This document shows, piece by piece, positions 10,347-17,747 of a DNA stretch of 64,000 nt. Within the stretch, counting starts at the first letter, position 1. Every line of letters begins with the position of its first letter. The DNA comes from a virus. Its lineage: Duplodnaviria > Caudoviricetes. A program made the translations under genes and the position numbers. Below the pieces are notes generated by a model. The model was not told the origin of the DNA. It searched no databases and saw only the letters and a list, made by a program, of their open reading frames with translations. The stretch spans positions 21,550 to 85,549 of IMG/VR virus record IMGVR_UViG_3300029288_000008; one strand, written 5' to 3'.

Positions 10347-10868
10347 TTATTTTACGTTCGGCATTAAGTCAAAAAACAAGTCTGCTCTATCTATTAAATT
10401 ATAAAGATTGTCGCATACGAACACCTCTTTGCTTACTTGATTGCACTCCATTCTTGTAATGCTATCAATTGCAGTTTGTTCCCATTGTGCCTTGCAAGAC
10501 CACGTTTTTATGATCTTCGCTGTGGGCAATACCGTTTTGAATGTCGCCATTCTTGATTCTATGCTTGAAGTAAACCCAAGTTTAATTCTGTTTTCCTCAA
10601 GTTCTGGAATTATAGAAATAATATAAAACACTCCAATACCACTTTCGACAATGACCATATTCTCGTTAGGAATAAATCCGTTTGCTCTGCGCAATTCTAT
10701 AAGATATTCTGTATCCTCTTTCGATAAAGCTAAAGTCAGTTGACCTTTAGTTTCAAGCGTCCTAACCCTAGAGAATACAAATCCATTATGTAATGCGTAT
10801 TTTCTAGCATTAGATTTATCCATTCCCATTAACTTGCTTATTTCTAATAATGTTACAAAGTCATCCAT
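10347..10868 (-). CDS. T5orf172/GIY-YIG-like domain protein with N-terminal HTH
   Basis: GVFYII...IKLGFTSSIESRMATFKT motif. Confidence 0.7.
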   Translation of the reverse strand: MDDFVTLLEISKLMGMDKSNARKYALHNGFVFSRVRTLETKGQLTLALSKEDTEYLIELRRANGFIPNENMVIVESGIGVFYIISIIPELEENRIKLGFTSSIESRMATFKTVLPTAKIIKTWSCKAQWEQTAIDSITRMECNQVSKEVFVCDNLYNLIDRADLFFDLMPNVK

Positions 10869-10994
10869 TTAACTCTCCTTTTTATGCACAGTATTCTGTG
10901 TATGAATAAATAGTATACCACGCCTTGCAATTCCTGTCAAGTTTGCTTTTTACCGTCTTGTGTGGTATAATAAAGAAGACAAGGATATTACAAA

Positions 10995-11501
10995 ATGATT
11001 ACACAATTACATAACGAGAATTCAAAGCAGTATCAAGCTATCTGCGACTATTGGAGATTAGGAGCGAGCAGAAGTCTTAATCAGTTGTTGAAACAGTATA
11101 AGGAAGCGGAAAGCGCACCGGCTAAAACCTATATGGTTTTGAAGCGCTGGTATACTGATTTTGAATGGGAACGGCGAATTTCTGAGAATATCGCATTAGA
11201 ACAAAAAGAACTGGAGGCACTTTACCAGGATGAACTGGTAAAGAATACCAAGCGCCGGTTTGATGTTTTAGACAGTATGTATGATCTGATTAAAGATATG
11301 ACAGTTGATACTGAAGACATAAGCATATCTCAGGCGACAGGGGTGCTAAGATCGTTCTTAGATAGCACCGGTAGGGTGTTTAATTTAGATGCGCCGCTAA
11401 AGGTTGCACAAACTGACCCAACAGGAAAGAAAGAATATAGACCAAATACAGACTTGGCAAGTGTGTTAGAATTGTTGGATTTAGCTAAAGAGAAAAGTTG
11501 A
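10995..11501 (+). CDS. terS: Terminase small subunit (putative)
   Basis: Immediately upstream of and overlapping terL; W...F.W..R motif; C-terminal PLKVAQTDPTG. Confidence 0.65.
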   Translation: MITQLHNENSKQYQAICDYWRLGASRSLNQLLKQYKEAESAPAKTYMVLKRWYTDFEWERRISENIALEQKELEALYQDELVKNTKRRFDVLDSMYDLIKDMTVDTEDISISQATGVLRSFLDSTGRVFNLDAPLKVAQTDPTGKKEYRPNTDLASVLELLDLAKEKS

Positions 11502-13033
11502 TAGATTTAGACAGCATTACAGAAGAAAAGATAACTGAGATTTGGCCTAAACTAACAGAACGCCAAAGAGAAGCCCTTGCAATGGAGTTATCAGAACCGG
11601 CAAGAAAAGAGAAGTGTGGATTATACGATAATTCGGCTTCATTTTCAAAATGGGCAATGAGTTGGTTTTATGTCCCTGAGACCAAAAGCCCTATATTTCT
11701 CTATCCACATCAAAGAAAAGCTATTGACATTGCCACAGAACGAGACGCTAATGGTTTGTTTAAGTATTCTCTTGTTCACTATGGCGATATAAAAAAATCT
11801 GGGAAAACAACGATAGCTGCTATGATCGCGCTTCGTTTTGCTTTCCTTAGAGAGTGGACTTCAATTAAGGTTGTTGGTCAGAAGTTAGATCAGGCTAAAT
11901 CTAGGAGCTATTTTTATATCTGCCGTGCTTTAGACTTAAACCCACAATTCGCAAAGATGCAAAGCGAAGGAAAAATTATAGTAAACAATTACACCATAAG
12001 GTTTACTGAGAACAATTCTATGATTCAGGCTATACCGGCTTCACCCTCTACTGAAGCGGGCGGAAATGACGACCTCATTATTTGGACTGAAATTGGAAGC
12101 GCAAAGACAGAAGCGGCGCAACAGTTATGGACCGAAATGGTTATACCACCAAGAAAGTATGGATACGGTATAAAGTGGACTGAGGGATACGCTGGACATA
12201 TCGGGGAAAGTCCAATCCTTGAAGAAATTTATAACAACAACGTTAAACTAGAATATCAAATATCAGATAATCCAAAAATATATTCTAATGCAAGAACGTT
12301 TGTAATGTGGAATGATATTCCACAGTTAAAACGATTCCAAACCGACGAATATTATAAGCAGCAATCAACCGAACTTTTACCGAGTGAATTTGATAGGGTT
12401 CACCGGAATCAGTGGGTATCAAGTCAAAGTTCTTTCATACCGTATCAGTGGTGGGAAAGCTGCGCAGAGAATTTACCAGAATTAACGCAAAACGAAATTA
12501 TGATTTTGGGTGTTGACGCGGCAATATCAGGGGATAGTTTTGCAGTTGTTGGCGTTACCAAACATCCAAAAGATAAGGATAGATTAGCTGTTAGAACTTT
12601 GAAAATATGGAAACCGAAACCCGGACAATCTATCATTTTTTCCCATCCTGACCCAAAGCAAAACGAGTTGTTACCAGATGGGTATATAACCGATCTGTGC
12701 AAGCGCTATAAGGTCAAGATGATAATGTATGACCCTTACCAACTGTATAACTTGGCAACACAACACAATCTATCCAGAAAAAGTGCATTCTGGGAAGCGT
12801 TTAATCAGGGCGCACCTCGACTTGAGGCAGACGCTAACCTATATCATCTTATCCGAGAAAACAAAATTGCCCATCCAAACTTTTTAGAGTTGAATGAGCA
12901 GGTTAAAAATGCAAATTCTCAAAGCGATGGGGAATCGAAAATGAGAATTGTCAAGCGGTCAGAAAGTCAAAAAATAGATAGTGTGGTAGCGCTTTCTATG
13001 GCATCTTTTATAGCTAAGAAGTTAAATTTGTGA
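11498..13033 (+). CDS. terL: Terminase large subunit
   Basis: Walker A KKSGKTT; nuclease motifs ILGVDAAISGDS, YDPYQ, KIDSVVALSMA. Confidence 0.9.
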   Translation: MIDLDSITEEKITEIWPKLTERQREALAMELSEPARKEKCGLYDNSASFSKWAMSWFYVPETKSPIFLYPHQRKAIDIATERDANGLFKYSLVHYGDIKKSGKTTIAAMIALRFAFLREWTSIKVVGQKLDQAKSRSYFYICRALDLNPQFAKMQSEGKIIVNNYTIRFTENNSMIQAIPASPSTEAGGNDDLIIWTEIGSAKTEAAQQLWTEMVIPPRKYGYGIKWTEGYAGHIGESPILEEIYNNNVKLEYQISDNPKIYSNARTFVMWNDIPQLKRFQTDEYYKQQSTELLPSEFDRVHRNQWVSSQSSFIPYQWWESCAENLPELTQNEIMILGVDAAISGDSFAVVGVTKHPKDKDRLAVRTLKIWKPKPGQSIIFSHPDPKQNELLPDGYITDLCKRYKVKMIMYDPYQLYNLATQHNLSRKSAFWEAFNQGAPRLEADANLYHLIRENKIAHPNFLELNEQVKNANSQSDGESKMRIVKRSESQKIDSVVALSMASFIAKKLNL

Positions 13034-13279
13034 TACGTTTTCATACCACCACTTTTCTTGATTCTTTAGCCACCATTCCCAGGGTAAGTTTTTGTTTAGA
13101 GCAAGTTCGCACACTCTCTTTGACAGTTCCAAATCTGGCAATACATTAAACAGAAACATATACCCATCCTTGGTTAAAATAGCCGGATGAAAGCCTGCTT
13201 CATTGTCATAGATTGAAGCGACAAAATTATTATCATCATACCCGTCTGTGGCTTCTTCTCGTGTTCTCCATTCAATCAT
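13022..13279 (-). CDS. Hypothetical protein
   Basis: ORF track; AAGGAG RBS. Confidence 0.6.
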   Translation of the reverse strand: MIEWRTREEATDGYDDNNFVASIYDNEAGFHPAILTKDGYMFLFNVLPDLELSKRVCELALNKNLPWEWWLKNQEKWWYENVSQI

Positions 13280-13552
13280 AGATCACTCCTTCTCAGAACA
13301 ATAACAATTGACTGTTTCCATACTTGCCGCTTGACCTAATGCCGCGCATTGGTTGACACACTTCTGAGAAATGTGCATTGTAGGGCGCATTAAGATATAC
13401 CAGATACAAGCCGCTGTAATCAGTAAAGCTAAAATACCTAACGCTTTCTTAATCATAATTCTCCTTAAAAAATAGGGGAATGAATTTTATTTCATTCCCC
13501 ATCTAACAGGGTACTCTATCACTATTAAACTGTTCTGGCAAAATTGCCATTG

Positions 13553-13626
13553 TGGATTCGACAGGGGACGATCCTGTAACTTCTATTTTATGAGAATAGC
13601 TCTCTAACCAATTGAGATACGAATCC
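13553..13626 (-). tRNA. tRNA-Met/Ile2 (CAT), atypical T-loop ATCGTCC
   Basis: Cloverleaf GGATTCG/CGAATCC; anticodon arm CTATT-CTCATAA-AATAG. Confidence 0.85.
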
Positions 13627-13630
13627 TTAG

Positions 13631-13703
13631 CGAACTCGGCAAGAATCGAACTTGCAATAAGTCGGTTAACAGCCGACTGCTATAACCATTTAGCCACGAG
13701 TCC
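13631..13703 (-). tRNA. trnN: tRNA-Asn (GTT)
   Basis: Anticodon arm GTCGG-CTGTTAA-CCGAC; TTCGATT T-loop. Confidence 0.92.
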
Positions 13704-13707
13704 ATAG

Positions 13708-13792
13708 CGGAGATAGCAAGATTTGAACTTGCATTGCTTTTCAGCAAAACACCTTTCGAGGGTGCTCCAATGCCATTTATGGTTATATCTCC
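13708..13792 (-). tRNA. trnS: tRNA-Ser (CGA)
   Basis: Anticodon arm GCACC-CTCGAAA-GGTGT, long variable arm, G73. Confidence 0.9.
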
Positions 13793-13797
13793 AAATC

Positions 13798-13875
13798 TGC
13801 TATCTATACGATTTGAACGTATGTTTCTTAGTTTAACCGGTCACTAAGTGTACTATGCCACTATACTAAGATAGC
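13798..13875 (-). tRNA. tRNA-like gene with a 12-nt anticodon loop (anticodon unassignable)
   Basis: Acceptor GCTATCT/AGATAGC, D stem GTAT/GTAC and T arm ATACG-TTCAAAT-CGTAT are intact; loop TGACCGGTTAAA between CTTAG/CTAAG. Confidence 0.75.
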
Positions 13876-13878
13876 CAG

Positions 13879-13950
13879 TTGCGGGAATTGGAATTGAACC
13901 AATCTATCAAGTTTATGAGACTTGTGTGTAAACCACTACACTATCCCGCA
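13879..13950 (-). tRNA. trnM: tRNA-Met (CAT), acceptor stem resembling initiator tRNA
   Basis: TGCGGGA/TCCCGCA-A; anticodon arm CAAGT-CTCATAA-ACTTG (lacks the three G-C pairs of true fMet). Confidence 0.88.
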
Positions 13951-13957
13951 ATAAAAG

Positions 13958-14028
13958 AGGCGCAAGTCAGAATCGAACCGACCTATTCACTTTTGCAGAG
14001 TGACACCTAACCACTTGGCTATTGCGCC
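13958..14028 (-). tRNA. trnC: tRNA-Cys (GCA)
   Basis: GGCGCAA/TTGCGCC-T; TCACT-CTGCAAA-AGTGA. Confidence 0.92.
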
Positions 14029-14033
14029 ATTAG

Positions 14034-14106
14034 CAGGGACGGCTTGCTTTGAACAAGTACCTGCGGTTTTGGAGACCGCCGTTCTAGCCTGTTAAACTAC
14101 ATCCCT
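14034..14106 (-). tRNA. trnW: tRNA-Trp (CCA)
   Basis: AGGGATG/CGTCCCT-G; GCGGT-CTCCAAA-ACCGC. Confidence 0.9.
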
Positions 14107-14119
14107 ATAAAACTCCTTA

Positions 14120-14345
14120 TTATTGTCGGAAGGTCCGATCGCCTATTCTTGTGATCTACCTAGCACATTTCGGCAACACATAGCGGCCCATATTCGGATG
14201 TAAATACCTAGTCCACAGTGCCGGGTTATTCTAGTATTTACAGCTTCCTTCCGTAACCCATTCTATCGTCAATGTGCCACGATTTTCGCGCGATCAAAGC
14301 CCTAGTCATCTAACACACACTAAACACCTGCTAGTGTCACGCATA
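14120..14345 (-). ncRNA. Candidate structured ncRNA with multiple pseudoknots
   Basis: Five complementary pairs: 14134-14142/14290-14298, 14162-14169/14271-14278, 14199-14207/14234-14242, 14223-14228/14254-14259, 14127-14133/14247-14253; G-U wobbles favour the minus strand. Confidence 0.6.
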
Positions 14346-14369
14346 GAACAGGTTATTTTAATGTACAAG

Positions 14370-14443
14370 TGCCCCCGGAAAGACTCAAACTTTCGACCTT
14401 GCGATTAGAAGTCGCTTGCTCTATTCAACTGAGCTACGAGGGC
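14370..14443 (-). tRNA. trnR: tRNA-Arg (TCT)
   Basis: GCCCTCG/CGGGGGC-A; anticodon loop CTTCTAA. Confidence 0.9.
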
Positions 14444-14579
14444 AAATCGTCACAAACCACAATCCCAACATATGATTATGGTATACGGTTACTTCATTGC
14501 TACCGTTGTAGTTAAGATTAGCATAGTTTACCGCTGCTTTTTCTGTTATAAATACTTTAGTGTATTTCATCCTCGTCTC

Positions 14580-14853
14580 CAAAAGTTGAAAGCACATTAA
14601 ACTAAATCTATAAACTGAGACGGCTAGTTGGTTTTATCCTCACGTCTCAAGATGTCTTTCCACTCGTCGCCATAAAGTTTAATGTGCTTTCGATTTTCAG
14701 ATCACGCCCTGTCACCGGCGAAACCGATTTATATTCCGCATTGTATTAGCTGCGCGATACCCTTAAGGTTGTATCCACGTTTGTTAAGAAACTGTACTCA
14801 CTTTCGTTTACACTGCCTTTATAAGTCGGTCTCATGTGCTTTGTTTCTTAACT
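14580..14853 (-). ncRNA. Candidate structured leader/ncRNA at the 5' end of the tRNA operon
   Basis: 10-bp stem GTTAAGAAAC/GTTTCTTAAC at the predicted TSS, 16-bp stem GAAAGCACATTAAACT/AGTTTAATGTGCTTTC enclosing TGAGACG/CGTCTCA, several smaller hairpins. Confidence 0.5.
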
Positions 14854-14859
14854 GTCTAT

Positions 14860-14888
14860 ATTCTACACCCATTCTAAAAAAATGTCAA
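14860..14888 (-). promoter_or_regulatory. Sigma70-type promoter of the tRNA operon
   Basis: TTGACA-17-TAGAAT with TG extension. Confidence 0.75.
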
Positions 14889-14985
14889 GAGTTTTTCCAA
14901 CGAGTTTTGGAAATTTGCTATTTTTGGTAAGTTTCGTCTTCTTAATTCGGCTTGATTATTCAAAACTTTATGCTATAATTAGCCT

Positions 14986-15240
14986 ATGTTGAAACGGATT
15001 ATAAGAATGGTAAAAAATAAAGTTTGGAAAATTAAGTATAAACACTACCTTCATTCTAAGGAGTGGGCAGAGAGGCGATTTCTAGTATTATATCGGGATG
15101 GGTTTAGGTGTTCTATCTGTGGCGGCACAGAGGAACTAAACGTACACCACAAAACCTATCAAAATGTATTTCACGAACCGTTATCCGATCTTATAACGCT
15201 GTGTAGAAAATGTCATAAAAAGGAGCATAAAAAGAAGTGA
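14986..15240 (+). CDS. HNH endonuclease
   Basis: RDGFRCSICG...LNVHH...LITLCRKCH. Confidence 0.9.
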   Translation: MLKRIIRMVKNKVWKIKYKHYLHSKEWAERRFLVLYRDGFRCSICGGTEELNVHHKTYQNVFHEPLSDLITLCRKCHKKEHKKK

Positions 15241-15431
15241 ACGTCTTAATACATCATAATGATGAGGCTGGCGTGGTTTGGTATTCAGTGTGTAAAGAAT
15301 CTGATCCTGGGTATTGGATAGATTCTTTTGATACCAAAAGAGAAGCAGAGAAGTTTTGTAGTGATAACGGTTATACAATCGTTGGGTTTTGGTGTTCTAT
15401 AATCGGATGCAAACAACACAAGGGAGGCTAA
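15237..15431 (+). CDS. Hypothetical protein
   Basis: ORF track, coupled between the HNH and helicase genes. Confidence 0.55.
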   Translation: MNVLIHHNDEAGVVWYSVCKESDPGYWIDSFDTKREAEKFCSDNGYTIVGFWCSIIGCKQHKGG

Positions 15432-15435
15432 ATTA

Positions 15436-16872
15436 TTGGAAATCTTAAAACAGATAGAATTGCAGGAACGTGGTGATGCTGAGGTATTATCAGAAATATT
15501 TGAGAATAAACTTGTTTTTGACCACGAAGAACGACAGTGGTATATCTTTGAAAACAACTTCTGGCGAACCGATCATACCAGTCACGTTTATAATTTAGTG
15601 GAAGCCGTTGCGAAGTGTTATGAGGCAGCAATCAAACAAGCTGAAATTGACCCGGCTAACTCTAAATATAGATTGTATAAGGCGCGTATCAATAGCCTTA
15701 GAAATAGAGCCGGTATTAAAAATGCTTTGGAACTGGCTACCGCTAAACTCGCTCTAAAACAGAAATGGGATTCTAATCCGTTTCTATTGGCTGTAAAGAA
15801 TGGTGTCATAGAATTAAAAACCGGTGAATTGAGAGAGGGTAAGCCATCGGATTATATCCGCAAAGTCGCCGATGTGGAATGGAAGGGACTAGAAGAACCT
15901 TGCCCACGCTTTGAACTGTTTATGCAAGAAATGTTTCCAAGAAACCAAGAAATTATTGACTTTCTCCAAAGGATGTTTGGGTACTCTATCAGTGGTTTAT
16001 CGGTTGAACACATTATGCCCGTCTTTTTTGGAGCACAGGGTAGAAACGGTAAAGATGTGTTATTGTCTACCATCTGCTCGGTATTAGGGGATGATTTAGC
16101 CAGTCCCATTTCAAAAGAGGTTTTATTAAGTGGACTTAAATCACCCGGTGCGAGTGCTCCATTCCTGTATGAGTTACAGGGTAAGCGGTTGGTTTACTCC
16201 GATGAAACCAGCGAAGGTGCCGGATTTGATGAAAGCCAAGTTAAAATGCTATCCGGTGGCGCTCCTTTCGTTGCCAAAAAGTTGTATATGCAACCAACGA
16301 TCATACATCCTGAGTATCTTTTAGTTCTGATAACTAACAATCGCCCGGTGGTAAGCGCAGAAGATGATGCTATCTGGGAACGGCTGGTATTAGTACAGTT
16401 CACTGAAAGATTTGTAGACAATCCTATTTATGACAACGAACATCCTCAAGACAAATACTTGAAGTATAAATTAGAAGAAGAAAAGAGCGGTATACTCGCT
16501 TGGTTAGTTAGAGGCTTTTTACAGTGGCAAGAAAAAGGTTTAGACATTCCCGACAGTGTAAAATACACCACAGACAATTACAGGACAGAACAAGATGCGG
16601 TAGGCCGTTTTATAGATACCGAATGTATCATAGACAATGATGAAAAGGTATCGGCTTCAAATATCTTTAGATGTTATGAACAGTGGACACAAACCGATAG
16701 TGTTAAGAAATTAAATAGTAGAGAATTCGCCCGCAAATTGGAAGCGAAGGGCTTCCAGAAACGGCGCTATGCTGAAGGCTACTTCTATTTAGGGCTGAAC
16801 ATAAAACCGACAGTCGAAATGGAACTTGAGAAATACTTAGAAGAGATACAACAACTAGAAGAACCCGCCTAA
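15436..16872 (+). CDS. Phage/plasmid P4-family (D5-like) SF3 helicase, without an N-terminal primase domain
   Basis: D5_N-like NPFLLAVKNGVIELKTGELR, Walker A variant GAQGRNGKD, ELQGKRLVYSDE, LITNNRP, AIWERL; C-terminal winged helix. Confidence 0.9.
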   Translation: MEILKQIELQERGDAEVLSEIFENKLVFDHEERQWYIFENNFWRTDHTSHVYNLVEAVAKCYEAAIKQAEIDPANSKYRLYKARINSLRNRAGIKNALELATAKLALKQKWDSNPFLLAVKNGVIELKTGELREGKPSDYIRKVADVEWKGLEEPCPRFELFMQEMFPRNQEIIDFLQRMFGYSISGLSVEHIMPVFFGAQGRNGKDVLLSTICSVLGDDLASPISKEVLLSGLKSPGASAPFLYELQGKRLVYSDETSEGAGFDESQVKMLSGGAPFVAKKLYMQPTIIHPEYLLVLITNNRPVVSAEDDAIWERLVLVQFTERFVDNPIYDNEHPQDKYLKYKLEEEKSGILAWLVRGFLQWQEKGLDIPDSVKYTTDNYRTEQDAVGRFIDTECIIDNDEKVSASNIFRCYEQWTQTDSVKKLNSREFARKLEAKGFQKRRYAEGYFYLGLNIKPTVEMELEKYLEEIQQLEEPA

Positions 16873-16894
16873 AGGGTTCTTTTTTTGTTGTCAG

Positions 16895-17135
16895 GATGTA
16901 TGAATGTACCATAATGTACCCATTTTCATAAACTCTCTATAATTTAATTTAGTATATTTTTTTATATATTTCATGGAAAAGGTACATTTCATACATTGGG
17001 TACATCTATATTAAGATTCTTATAATTTATATTTATTTTCTGTAAGAATATTAAGTTGTATATTAAGATTATTAAGGCAACTGATAAGAAAATTAAGTGT
17101 ACCTATTTTTGAAATGGTACACTATCATACATCTT
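16895..17135. other. Putative replication origin A (iteron-like TGTACC/GGTACA repeats, AT-rich core)
   Basis: Non-coding, directly after the helicase, with inverted GTAC repeats; homologous inverted copy at 46436-46638. Confidence 0.6.
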
Positions 17136-17154
17136 ATGTGACTAGTCAACAATA

Positions 17155-17190
17155 ATTAAGCGGATTACATGGTGTAATCCGCTTAATTTT
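17155..17190. terminator. Bidirectional terminator hairpin
   Basis: AATTAAGCGGATTAC/GTAATCCGCTTAATT perfect 15-bp stem. Confidence 0.75.
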
Positions 17191-17212
17191 CTTGAGTATG
17201 GTATTTCAAAGA

Positions 17213-17515
17213 TTAAAGTATATCATACCAATATTGTAGTTTTTCTTTCGACCGTTGGGATTTTTTAAGGTCAAGAGTTACATTGTTCTCCCAATCGTTT
17301 ATTAACAGTTGCCTTACTTGTTGTTTGTATACATCTTCTGTTTTTGGCTGTTTTTCAAATCGTTTTGTGAATCTGTCTTTTTTGTCGTATGGGGTTGTTT
17401 CTAAAATGTAGTTGCGATATTCTAGCCAAGAGTTAAACGATTCTGGAAGATCGTTGTTGTTGTAAATGTAACTATCTTTTGCGTACAGGGCAGCGGAATT
17501 AGCGTCTTTGAACAT
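17213..17515 (-). CDS. Hypothetical protein resembling the isolated C-terminus of IbrA/PAPS-reductase-like (DUF3440) proteins
   Basis: LPESFNSWLEYRNYILET...QQVRQLLINDWENN recalled from that family; no PP-loop upstream. Confidence 0.4.
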   Translation of the reverse strand: MFKDANSAALYAKDSYIYNNNDLPESFNSWLEYRNYILETTPYDKKDRFTKRFEKQPKTEDVYKQQVRQLLINDWENNVTLDLKKSQRSKEKLQYWYDIL

Positions 17516-17747
17516 ACTACAACTCTCAGTAATGGAGTTGTTGGAAAAGGTTGGACATACGAAGAATCGTTGATTGATGCAGTTGAAGGTTGCGAATATT
17601 GCGATTGGTTAATCGCCAGCGATTTAATTAAATAACATTCTTACATATAAAAGACCGGTGAAAATCCGGTCTTTTTTTTGTGTCTTTGACTGCAAGAAAT
17701 ATTGTGGTATAATAAGGTAAACGCATATTTGCTTTATTAGGGGATAT

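Noticed and set aside
14199-14259. HDV-like/theta ribozyme reading of the pseudoknot (P1 followed by GG)
   Set aside because: No CC-containing L3 for P1.1 and no short P3 or J4/2 catalytic C in the right place.
14640-14710. Fluoride riboswitch or hammerhead resemblance in the tRNA operon leader
   Set aside because: Only fragments (CGCCATAAA, ATGAG, GAAA) match; the required pairing partners and core order are missing.
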